Both the position numbers and the translations under genes were made by a program. A stretch of DNA of 38,483 bases from a virus. The stretch is taken from IMG/VR virus record IMGVR_UViG_3300044551_000008, positions 1-38,483 of that record. One strand, 5' to 3'. Positions 30,596 through 38,483 of the stretch are shown here, in pieces. Below the pieces are notes generated by a model. It saw only the letters and a program-made list of their open reading frames with translations. It had not been told where the DNA came from and ran no database searches. How positions within the stretch are numbered: position 1 is the first letter of the stretch; every line of letters starts with the position of its first letter.

Positions 30596-30903
30596 GATAT
30601 TTAGATGAAGTTACTTTTATCAAAGAATCGCCCGACTCCCACTATGACCCCGATTTAGGCGAATGGGTTGAAAAAGAACCAACTCGATCAGTATTTAGTG
30701 CAAACATCACTGATATTGGAACTGACAGAAGTGTAGAAGTTTTTGGAGATATTAAAAAAGGGGCAAAAGTCATGCGAATGATGCCCCTTTTTACTATGCC
30801 AGAATATGATTACATTGAGTTTGATAATAAAAAGTGGGCTTTAATGACTTACCGCAATCCAAGCGAGCGCAATACTTTTATTTTGCAGGAGGTAAGTCAA
30901 TGA
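30592..30903 (+). CDS. Head closure / head-tail adaptor protein (TTG start)
   Basis: Start overlaps the upstream gene. The position fits. Confidence 0.55.
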   Translation: MRYLDEVTFIKESPDSHYDPDLGEWVEKEPTRSVFSANITDIGTDRSVEVFGDIKKGAKVMRMMPLFTMPEYDYIEFDNKKWALMTYRNPSERNTFILQEVSQ

Positions 30904-31238
30904 AATCTAGCTTATCTTTTAAAGGGATTGACCAACTTGTAAAGCATTTGGATAAAGCAGCATCTTTAAAGGGTGTTCAACAAGTTGTAAAGTCTAACAC
31001 TTCAAATATGACAGCGAATATGCAGAAACTTGTTCCAGTTGATACCGGATATATGAAACGATCCATAAAAATGGAGTTGACAGAAGGTGGATTCAGCGGA
31101 CAAGCTGGACCACACACAGATTATTCCGCATACGTTGAATACGGAACACGTTTTCAATCTGCTCAACCCTTTGTAAAGCCTGCTTATAATGAGCAAAAAG
31201 GTCTTTTCATTAAAGATTTAGAAAGGTTGCTGAAATGA
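30900..31238 (+). CDS. Tail-component protein (HK97 gp10-like)
   Basis: The ATG at 30900 follows AGGAGG with an ATGA overlap. [14 protein letters not shown] resembles the gp10 family. Confidence 0.6.
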   Translation: MKSSLSFKGIDQLVKHLDKAASLKGVQQVVKSNTSNMTANMQKLVPVDTGYMKRSIKMELTEGGFSGQAGPHTDYSAYVEYGTRFQSAQPFVKPAYNEQKGLFIKDLERLLK

Positions 31239-31630
31239 TTAAAACTCGAGACCAATCTATTTTTGACGAATTGTTCAAACGAATACAAGCCTTAGGATAT
31301 ACCGTTTATGATTATAAGCAAATGAATGAAGTGGGCTATCCGTTTGTTGAAATGGAAAGTATTCAGATAATTCATGAACCAAATAAAACAGATATCAAAG
31401 GCACAGTAAGTCTTTCGCTGTCTGTTTGGAATAAAGCCGAAAAAGCAGGCCGTGTACTAGCTTCAAAAATGGCAAGCAATATATTTAATCAAGCATTGAA
31501 TATAAGTGCCACAGATGGCTATTCTTGGGCTTTGAATTCACAAGCAAGTACCATTCAAATGCTGGACGATACAACAACAAATACACCGCTTAAAAGAGCG
31601 TTGATTAACTTAGAATTTAGACTAAGATAG
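31235..31630 (+). CDS. Tail completion / tail terminator protein
   Basis: ATGA overlap with the upstream gene. It sits immediately before the major tail protein. Confidence 0.55.
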   Translation: MIKTRDQSIFDELFKRIQALGYTVYDYKQMNEVGYPFVEMESIQIIHEPNKTDIKGTVSLSLSVWNKAEKAGRVLASKMASNIFNQALNISATDGYSWALNSQASTIQMLDDTTTNTPLKRALINLEFRLR

Positions 31631-31640
31631 GAGATTTAAT

Positions 31641-32159
31641 ATGGCAGAATTAACAGCTAAACAGGGTAAAGATATTATCTTGCTCTATCGTGTGCTTAGT
31701 AAAGCATCAAAAGAAGCGGCTTGGAAACTTGCATTCCAAACAGAACACTCGAATGAAAAAACTCGAGATTACAACACTACAGCAACTAAAGATGGACCAG
31801 TTGGTGCTCTTGCAGAAGTTGAATATAGTTTGTCTGCCACATCTATTGCAGCAAATGGTGACCCACATCTTGACGAAATGGACAAAGCGTTTGATGATGC
31901 AGAAATTATTGAAGTGTGGGAAATTGATAAAGCTGAAAAAGCAACTCTCGGATTAGACACAGGCAAGTACAAAGCGAAATATCTTCGTGCTTATCTTACA
32001 AGTTTCTCTTATGAACCTAACTCAGAAGATGCGCTTGAATTGAGTTTAGAATTTGGAGTGTTCGGTAAACCTCAAAAGGGCTATGCCACACTAACTGAAG
32101 AACAAGCTAATGTTGTTCAGTATGTCTTCAAAGATACAGCAAAAGAGACTACACCCTAA
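31641..32159 (+). CDS. mtp: Major tail protein
   Basis: 172-aa product, with RBS AGGAG, followed by a terminator and the chaperone pair. Confidence 0.7.
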   Translation: MAELTAKQGKDIILLYRVLSKASKEAAWKLAFQTEHSNEKTRDYNTTATKDGPVGALAEVEYSLSATSIAANGDPHLDEMDKAFDDAEIIEVWEIDKAEKATLGLDTGKYKAKYLRAYLTSFSYEPNSEDALELSLEFGVFGKPQKGYATLTEEQANVVQYVFKDTAKETTP

Positions 32160-32215
32160 TACCCCCGTAGTCGGTCAAGCGACCGTAGGGGACGCTGAAT
32201 AATAAAAAACGAGTT

Positions 32216-32247
32216 AAAAGAGAGCTTAGTCTCTCTTTTATTTTTTT
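32216..32247 (+). terminator. Terminator/attenuator after the major tail protein
   Basis: AAAAGAGAG/CTCTCTTTT forms a 9-bp stem, followed by a long T run. Confidence 0.7.
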
Positions 32248-32261
32248 AAGGAGAAATCAAA

Positions 32262-32612
32262 ATGGAATTAACAATTAATGAAAAACAGTATGTTTTTATC
32301 TTTGGTTACCGATTCATTAAGGAATTGAATAAAAAAAATGAAGTCACAGAGCGTGGGATGACTTTAAAAGCCGGCTTAGATAATGCTTTGATGAACTTCT
32401 TTAGCGGAGATATCGAAACACTTGTTGAAATGCTAAAAACTGCGAATGCAACAGAAAATCCTCGTGTCTCTGAGAAAGGGATAGTTGAATGGATTGAAGA
32501 AAATGGTATTGATGCGCTTTTTGATTTAGTACTCGAAGAGTTAAAAAAGTCGGAATTTACCAAGAAAAAAACGTTGAACTTCGAGAAAGAAGTCAGCAAA
32601 AATCTACAATAA
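32262..32612 (+). CDS. Tail assembly chaperone (G-like)
   Basis: 116-aa acidic protein upstream of the tape measure protein gene. Confidence 0.7.
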   Translation: MELTINEKQYVFIFGYRFIKELNKKNEVTERGMTLKAGLDNALMNFFSGDIETLVEMLKTANATENPRVSEKGIVEWIEENGIDALFDLVLEELKKSEFTKKKTLNFEKEVSKNLQ

Positions 32613-32965
32613 CAGATTTTGACAAACTCTATGAGCAAGTTCAGTTAAATTGTTTGCGTTATCTCGAAATTGCTAATCTAAGAGATATAGAGCGCATGAC
32701 CATTTCGGAGTATGAATTAAGACTGAAAGCTTATAGGCTAAAAAGACTTGATGAGCAAGAATTTATTTACCAACAAGCATGGGCAAATTGGCAAGTTCAA
32801 TCAACTAAGCAACAAGGTAAGAAGCAAGTTCCAGTTTATTCGACCTTCAAGAAGTTTTTTGATAAAGAAAAATTTGAAAATGATATTTTAGGAATTGAAA
32901 CTTCGGACAGTACTTTTAAAAAGGACAACAAACTAATTAACCTCATGAAAAAAGCAAATAAGTAA
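32262..32965 (+). CDS. Tail assembly chaperone GT-like fusion made by a -1 frameshift at 32543-32549
   Basis: The -1 frame is open from 32525 to 32965. The A_AAA_AAG heptamer is in phase with the G frame. The 32654 ORF has no ATG or RBS of its own. Confidence 0.6.
32543..32549 (+). promoter_or_regulatory. Slippery heptamer A AAA AAG (-1 programmed frameshift site)
   Basis: Codons AAA (32544) and AAG (32547) are in the zero frame. This is the same motif type as in dnaX. Confidence 0.6.
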
Positions 32966-32980
32966 GAAAGGAGGAAAAAC

Positions 32981-35599
32981 ATGGAATCTTATAGTGTAGA
33001 AGCAGTTCTGAGTGCTGTTGATAAAAATTTCACTTCAACCATGAATAAAGCAGATAGTTCAATGGGAACATTGGACAAGAACTCACAAAATACAAATACT
33101 TCTATCCTAGATATTGCTAAAGGGGTTGGAGTTTTTAAACTTGTTGATTCTGCGATTGGTGTGGTAAAAAGTTCATTGGATGGTGCAATTAACCGTTTTG
33201 ATACGTTAAACGCCTATCCGAAAGTAATGGCTCAAATGGGCTATTCTACTGATGATGTTGCTAAGTCAACCGAATTACTAAAAAAAGGTGTTGATGGTTT
33301 ACCTACTTCACTTCAAGAACTGACGAAAAGCTCTCAAAGCTTTGCGATTTTAGAGAAAAGCGCAACGAGTGGTGCTAAAACAGCAACAGCTCTTAACGAT
33401 GCTTTTCTAGCTTCTGGCGCAAGTGCTGCAGATGCAAGCCGAGGAGTTCAGCAATATAGTCAAATGTTATCTAGTGGTAAAGTTGATTTAATGTCATGGC
33501 GAACACTTCAAGAAACTATGCCCTACGCTTTGACACAAGTTGCTAAATCATTTGGTCTCACGGGTAAAAGTGCTGAACGTGATTTATACGCCAAGCTTCA
33601 GTCTGGTGACATTACCATGGAACAATTGAATAAGCGATTTGTAGAGTTAGATGGTGGGGCGAATGGATTTGCGAAAACTGCGAGAACAGCATCTGGTGGG
33701 ATTGGTACATCATTCACTAATATGCGTAATGCCGTAGTAAATGGTATGGCAAATACAGTTGAAACGATTAACAACGCTTTGAAAGATGCAGGGTTAAAAA
33801 ATGGTATCTCTACACTTTTTGATGAAGGTAAACAAGCAATTATCAAAGGTTTTGCGGTATTTAATCAAATTGTAGCTACTGCGATTCCAAAGATAGTTGG
33901 GGCGTTTAAAACTCTTTTTGATTTTGTTAATCAAAATAAAGATTGGATTGGACCTTTAGTAGCTGGAATAACAGCTGGTGTGGCAGCATATAAACTATGG
34001 AAAGGCGCGATTACAGCTTGGAACACTGTCACTAAGATAGCTACTGCAGTTCAAGTGGCCTTTAATGCAGTTATGGATGCAAATCCAATCATGTTGATAG
34101 TTATTGCAATTGCGGCTATTGTAGCAGGGTTAGTCTATTTCTTTACGCAAACAAAAACAGGTCAGAAAATATGGTCAAATTTTGTAAAATTTCTAGGTTC
34201 TGCATGGCAATCTCTAGTTAAAATTTCCAAAGATGTTTGGGATAATATTACTAAAGCTTGGGACAGCGCAGTCAAATGGTTCAGTGATACCTGGAACAAC
34301 ATCAAAAGCGGAGCGAAAGGGCTTTGGGATGGAACAATCCAAGGTGCTAAAGATGCCGTTGATAGTGTGAAAATTGCTTGGAACGGCATCAAGGAGTGGT
34401 TCGCTAATCTTTGGAAAGGCACGACAAGCGGCTTAGCTAGTGCTTGGGATAGTGTTACAACAACCTTAGCTCCATTTGTTGAAACAATCAAAACAATCTT
34501 TCAACCAATGCTTGATTTCTTTAGCGGATTATGGGGGCAAGTCCAAACTATCTTTGGTTCAGCTTGGGAGATTATTAAGACGGTTGTTATGGGACCAGTT
34601 TTGTTACTCATTGATTTAATCACTGGGGACTTTAACCAATTTAAAGAAGATTTATCAACACTTTGGCAAACGCTGTGTACTAATATCCAAACATTGGTTT
34701 CAACATTTGTTCAAATTGTAGTTGGTTTCTTTACCGCTTGGGGACAAACTGTTTCTAATATATGGTCAACAGTTGTAAACACAGTTCAAAGCCTTTGGGG
34801 AGCTTTCACAACATGGGTCGTTAATATGGCCAAGTCTATTGTTGACGGAATTGTTAATGGTTGGAATTCATTTAAGCAAGGTACCGTTGATTTATGGAAT
34901 GCTACTATTCAATGGGTCAAAGATACATGGGCTTCATTTAAACAGTGGGTCGTTGACTCTGCCAATGCTATTGTTGATGGAGTCAAACAAGGTTGGGAAA
35001 ACCTCAAACAAGGCACAATTGACTTGTGGAACGGAATGATTAACGGACTCAAAGGAATTTGGGATGGTTTGAAACAAAGTGTTGGTGATTTGATTGATAA
35101 TGTAAAAACGACATTTAACAATCTAAAAAATATAAATTTGCTAGATATTGGTAAAGCCATCATTGATGGACTTGTAAAAGGATTAAAACAAAAGTGGGAA
35201 GATGGGATGAAATTTATAAGTGGAATTGGAGATTGGATTCGGAAGCATAAAGGGCCAATCCGTGTCGACAGAAAACTTTTAATTCCTGCTGGTGATGCCA
35301 TTATGAATGGTTTGAATTCTGGTTTAACCGGAGGTTTCCGTGATGTTCAATCTAACGTTTCAGGAATGGGGGATATGATTGCCAACGCAATTAATTCTGA
35401 CTATTCTGTGGATATTGGGGCAAATGTTGCGGCTGCTAATCGCTCAATCAGTAGTCAAGTTTCTCATGATGTGAATCTTAACCAAGGCAAACAGCCGGCT
35501 TCATTTACTGTGAAGCTTGGGAATCAAATCTTTAAAGCCTTTGTGGATGATATTTCAAATGAACAAGGTCAAGCAATTAACTTAAATATGGGATTTTAG
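32981..35599 (+). CDS. tmp: Tape measure protein
   Basis: 872-aa product with central TM-like helices and a W/F-rich periodic repeat region (..W..hK..W...). The position fits. Confidence 0.88.
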   Translation: MESYSVEAVLSAVDKNFTSTMNKADSSMGTLDKNSQNTNTSILDIAKGVGVFKLVDSAIGVVKSSLDGAINRFDTLNAYPKVMAQMGYSTDDVAKSTELLKKGVDGLPTSLQELTKSSQSFAILEKSATSGAKTATALNDAFLASGASAADASRGVQQYSQMLSSGKVDLMSWRTLQETMPYALTQVAKSFGLTGKSAERDLYAKLQSGDITMEQLNKRFVELDGGANGFAKTARTASGGIGTSFTNMRNAVVNGMANTVETINNALKDAGLKNGISTLFDEGKQAIIKGFAVFNQIVATAIPKIVGAFKTLFDFVNQNKDWIGPLVAGITAGVAAYKLWKGAITAWNTVTKIATAVQVAFNAVMDANPIMLIVIAIAAIVAGLVYFFTQTKTGQKIWSNFVKFLGSAWQSLVKISKDVWDNITKAWDSAVKWFSDTWNNIKSGAKGLWDGTIQGAKDAVDSVKIAWNGIKEWFANLWKGTTSGLASAWDSVTTTLAPFVETIKTIFQPMLDFFSGLWGQVQTIFGSAWEIIKTVVMGPVLLLIDLITGDFNQFKEDLSTLWQTLCTNIQTLVSTFVQIVVGFFTAWGQTVSNIWSTVVNTVQSLWGAFTTWVVNMAKSIVDGIVNGWNSFKQGTVDLWNATIQWVKDTWASFKQWVVDSANAIVDGVKQGWENLKQGTIDLWNGMINGLKGIWDGLKQSVGDLIDNVKTTFNNLKNINLLDIGKAIIDGLVKGLKQKWEDGMKFISGIGDWIRKHKGPIRVDRKLLIPAGDAIMNGLNSGLTGGFRDVQSNVSGMGDMIANAINSDYSVDIGANVAAANRSISSQVSHDVNLNQGKQPASFTVKLGNQIFKAFVDDISNEQGQAINLNMGF

Positions 35600-35608
35600 G
35601 AGGTAGAA

Positions 35609-36370
35609 ATGTACAAGTTTAGAGATACGACAAAACAGAAGCATTATCGCAACCTTCCTTTTATTCCAACCAGTGCCATGAGTTATGATGGGACTTGGTT
35701 AGAGGAACTCATAGAAGGTTATCAGACATTGACTGTAGAGGGACGAGAAATGTATTCTCTCAGCTTTGAGTCACAAGAAATGCAAGTAGGAGGAGTGATA
35801 ACCAATGTTAAATATCCTCCTCGGGAGTTGACGATAAAATATAAGCTTGAGGATAGGGACCCTCGAGCTTTACAAGAAAAGTTTGATACTTTAAAAGCAT
35901 TCTTGATTCGTCAAGAAGATGTTCCCATTATTTTTAATGATGATCTGGAATATACGTTTTATGGTCGTTTCAAGACTGCAGACAATGTGGCTGGAGATAC
36001 TAATTCAATCATTTCAAGTTTTACTGTCCTTTGTAGTAATCCATTTAAACACGGAAAAACTCAAAGTGTAAAAAATAAAGTGATTGAAGTTTTACCCTAT
36101 CCAGTTAAACCAGATAGGCTGTCATTTAAATTACTGACAGATGGTTTACTTGCAACTGACGGAATTTATCGCTTGAAATCATCACAGGCTAAAAAAGGTG
36201 ACCTTTTGGAATTTGATTTCCAATCAGGCAATACTTTTCTTAATGGAAAAGTAAACAATAATCTCTTAAACCTTGATTCTGATTTTAAAAATATCAGATT
36301 GACAACTGGAACAGATTTTTCAAGTTCAAACTATGAGTTAACGATTCAATATAGAAAGGCGGTGCTTTAG
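35609..36370 (+). CDS. dit: Distal tail protein Dit
   Basis: 253-aa product between tmp and tal, the same size as recalled for TP901-1 Dit. Confidence 0.75.
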   Translation: MYKFRDTTKQKHYRNLPFIPTSAMSYDGTWLEELIEGYQTLTVEGREMYSLSFESQEMQVGGVITNVKYPPRELTIKYKLEDRDPRALQEKFDTLKAFLIRQEDVPIIFNDDLEYTFYGRFKTADNVAGDTNSIISSFTVLCSNPFKHGKTQSVKNKVIEVLPYPVKPDRLSFKLLTDGLLATDGIYRLKSSQAKKGDLLEFDFQSGNTFLNGKVNNNLLNLDSDFKNIRLTTGTDFSSSNYELTIQYRKAVL

Positions 36371-38483
36371 TGAGTAATATCTTATTTTTAGATAAGATGC
36401 AACAAGTTATCAAAAGTTATGATTCCAACGAGTTCATAGAATGTGTTCAGACAAAAGAAATCACAACCAACGCTTCTGAATTAATGAATGACACACTTTC
36501 AGTTTCTTTACCTTTTGATGAAACAATTAAAGATGCCAGCTATATTGCAGTCAATGATACGAAAGAACAAGAGTTTTCTTTATATCGAATTTTAACCGCA
36601 AAAGATGAAGATAATTTACTTTCATTTGAAGCGATAAATTTTGCCGTCGATGAACTGGATAATTTTATCATCAAAGATATAAGACCTAAAAATAGGTCTT
36701 TTTCTTATGTGATTAATCAGCTTTTATCTGATTCAGGTTGTGACTGGGTATTGGGTGTCTGTGAACCGACTAAAACAGTTTCCAGCACCTTCTACTATAC
36801 TTCCATGCGTGAAGCTCTAAAAGCTCTACAAGAGTTAGGTGCAGAGTTTACCTTTTCAATTGAAATTACAGGAAATAAGATTACTAAAAAAATCATTCAC
36901 TGCTATAACCAAATTGGGAAAATAACCAATAAGCGATTTGAATATGGCGATGAAGTTTTGAAAATTGTTCACCAACAAGACCGCACAAATATTGTTACTG
37001 CCCTAATTGGACGTGGAAAAGGTGAAGAAGTTGGGGACGGCTACGGACGAAGAATTGAGTTTTCAGATGTCGAGTGGCGAAAGTCAAATGGTAAACCACT
37101 TGATAAACCTAAAGGTCAAAATTGGATTGAATATCCAGAAATGACGAAAGAATATGGCATTCCATCAAACGGAAAAATGTTACCACGTAAAACGGTTGTT
37201 GTCTTTGATGATGTGGAAGATGCAGGCGAGCTTTTACAAAAGACTTATGACCAACTGGCTTATTACTGCCGGCCACTCGTTCAGTTTAGTACTGAGATAT
37301 TGGGTAGTGATTCAATTGGAAATACTGTTTCAATCCACAGAGGAGACCGAAATTATCACTATCAGACAAGAGTCTTTAAAGTAGTTACTGACCATGTTAA
37401 TGGGCGAGTGCAAGCTAGTCTAGGCGATAATTTAAGTGGAAACTCAATTAATCGACAACTGTCACAAGTTCAAAGCAATATCTCTGACCTTGATAACAAC
37501 AAAATGACTTGGTATGACTCCACAGAAATTGGAAAGTATCAAGACGATATTATGCGAGGTGCTGGTGCGAACGGTGGCTCGATTTACATGGTCAACGGAA
37601 TTGAAGCTGGCGTTTCTCAATCAAGAGAAACTTATGAGCAAGTCTTTATGGATGGTCCAAAGATTCAAGATTCACAGTATTTCATGATTCAAAATAATGC
37701 TGGAATATCTTTTAAGCAATGCAAAAAAGGTCAATGGACGACAATCCAAGATGTCCATAATGGAAAAAGTACAACTGCTTGGACTTTAGACGGAACGTTT
37801 AATGCATCCTTTATTCTAGCCGGTATCTTATCAGGGATTCTTGTTCAAGGTAATGTAATTAAGTCTATTGGTGATGGCTCATATTATCAATCTGTTATGT
37901 CAAACGGTAAGTTCATGATTGAGCAGTATAAAAAGACAACTAGTGTAGATTATTCTAATCAAAATTGGGAACAAACTGTTCATGGAGCAAAAATTGGAGG
38001 ATTTGTTGGGACTTATGATGGGATTACAAATAAGGCGAACGGTTCAGCTTTAATTAATTACCCAGGTTATATTTTTTCAATAAACCAAGATAACGGGAAT
38101 GGTTCTTCTAATCCGGTTTTCCAAGTTCCGTCTGATTCAACTTTTGATAAACCTAAGTTTAAATTATTTGGAGATGGAACACTTCAGGGCGATATTAATA
38201 TCAAGGGTAGCCTTACTATTAATGGCGTTAAGATTGATAAAAACGGATTCTCTGGTGGAGCACTTGAAGTTGATAGTCTTAAAGTTAACGGTAGAACTGA
38301 TACTAATGAACTTTACGTCAATGGCGTTAAGATTGATAAAAACGGTGGAGGAAATACAGGAGGCGGAGATACAGGATGGAATGGTCAATACCCACCAGAA
38401 GTCACAACTGATCGTGATAAACGCTACTGGCAAATATGGGCAATGGCAATTGGAGCTGGTTTTTCTAAACAAGCTGCAGCTGC
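36370..38483 (+). CDS. tal: Tail-associated lysin Tal, N-terminal and central part. It is open at the window end and continues at 128-956; the full product is about 980 aa.
   Basis: GTG at 36370 overlaps the dit stop (TAGTG). There is no stop codon up to the window end. It is in frame with 3-956 through the 127-bp overlap. The ORF track misses it because it is open-ended. Confidence 0.85.
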   Translation, partial: MSNILFLDKMQQVIKSYDSNEFIECVQTKEITTNASELMNDTLSVSLPFDETIKDASYIAVNDTKEQEFSLYRILTAKDEDNLLSFEAINFAVDELDNFIIKDIRPKNRSFSYVINQLLSDSGCDWVLGVCEPTKTVSSTFYYTSMREALKALQELGAEFTFSIEITGNKITKKIIHCYNQIGKITNKRFEYGDEVLKIVHQQDRTNIVTALIGRGKGEEVGDGYGRRIEFSDVEWRKSNGKPLDKPKGQNWIEYPEMTKEYGIPSNGKMLPRKTVVVFDDVEDAGELLQKTYDQLAYYCRPLVQFSTEILGSDSIGNTVSIHRGDRNYHYQTRVFKVVTDHVNGRVQASLGDNLSGNSINRQLSQVQSNISDLDNNKMTWYDSTEIGKYQDDIMRGAGANGGSIYMVNGIEAGVSQSRETYEQVFMDGPKIQDSQYFMIQNNAGISFKQCKKGQWTTIQDVHNGKSTTAWTLDGTFNASFILAGILSGILVQGNVIKSIGDGSYYQSVMSNGKFMIEQYKKTTSVDYSNQNWEQTVHGAKIGGFVGTYDGITNKANGSALINYPGYIFSINQDNGNGSSNPVFQVPSDSTFDKPKFKLFGDGTLQGDINIKGSLTINGVKIDKNGFSGGALEVDSLKVNGRTDTNELYVNGVKIDKNGGGNTGGGDTGWNGQYPPEVTTDRDKRYWQIWAMAIGAGFSKQAAA
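38357..38483. repeat. Terminal overlap, identical to 1-127
   Basis: Same comparison as for 1-127. Confidence 0.97.

Larger units (their letters stand above)
1..38483. mobile_element. Complete TP901-1-like (P335 group) temperate siphophage genome, circularly closed; 38,356 bp unique
   Basis: Full lysogeny, replication, packaging, morphogenesis and lysis modules are present. No host flanks are present. attP is intact. The two window ends are an identical 127-bp overlap. Confidence 0.85.

Noticed and set aside
33598-35301. - strand ORFs 33598-33846, 34162-34491 and 34909-35301, and the + ORF 34839-35039, inside the tape measure protein gene.
   Set aside because: They are embedded in a long, clearly coding + strand gene, have no translation signals, and are typical shadow ORFs.

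Overview
The window is a complete, circularly closed genome of a temperate Lactococcus P335-group siphophage of the TP901-1 type. Bases 1-127 are identical to 38357-38483, so the unique length is 38,356 bp and the window is opened inside the tail-associated lysin (tal) gene. All homology statements come from reading motifs and from recalled TP901-1 sequences; no database search was possible.

Gene order on the circle:
- Tail tip and baseplate: Tal, BppU, BppL.
- Lysis: holin and a secreted GH25-LysM endolysin.
- A 2.1-kb accessory region running up to attP.
- TP901-1-type attP and a 485-aa large serine integrase (- strand).
- A SHOCT protein in the sie position, then an S24/LexA-type repressor.
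- Divergent consensus promoters carrying operator palindromes.
- An unusual 1-kb insert, then cro-like and antirepressor genes.
- Replication and recombination: Sak4-like ATPase, SSB, replisome organizer with an internal ori, DnaC-like loader, C5-methyltransferase, RusA.
- Small early genes and an ArpU/Alt-like late regulator.
- A cluster of tRNA-like elements plus an autonomous moron.
- TerS, TerL, portal, MuF-like protein, scaffold, capsid, connectors, major tail protein, G/GT chaperones, tape measure protein, Dit.

The most interesting content is accessory:
1. A leaderless three-gene operon at 4250-5471. It encodes a possible ADP-ribosyltransferase-fold protein, a small acidic protein and a SecB-like chaperone, which together resemble a toxin-antitoxin-chaperone system.
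2. An array of about eight self-contained promoter-hairpin-terminator mini-cassettes at 5518-6312. It ends in a long inverted repeat and a tRNA-like element that lacks an anticodon arm, next to attP.
3. Three more mini-cassettes of the same design on the - strand at the early/late boundary. Two of them are paralogues with compensatory stem changes.
4. Further tRNA-derived elements, including a tRNA-Lys(UUU)-like gene.
5. A genetic switch with four operator palindromes. One lies 1.27 kb away from the others and brackets a block of antisense-oriented small genes.
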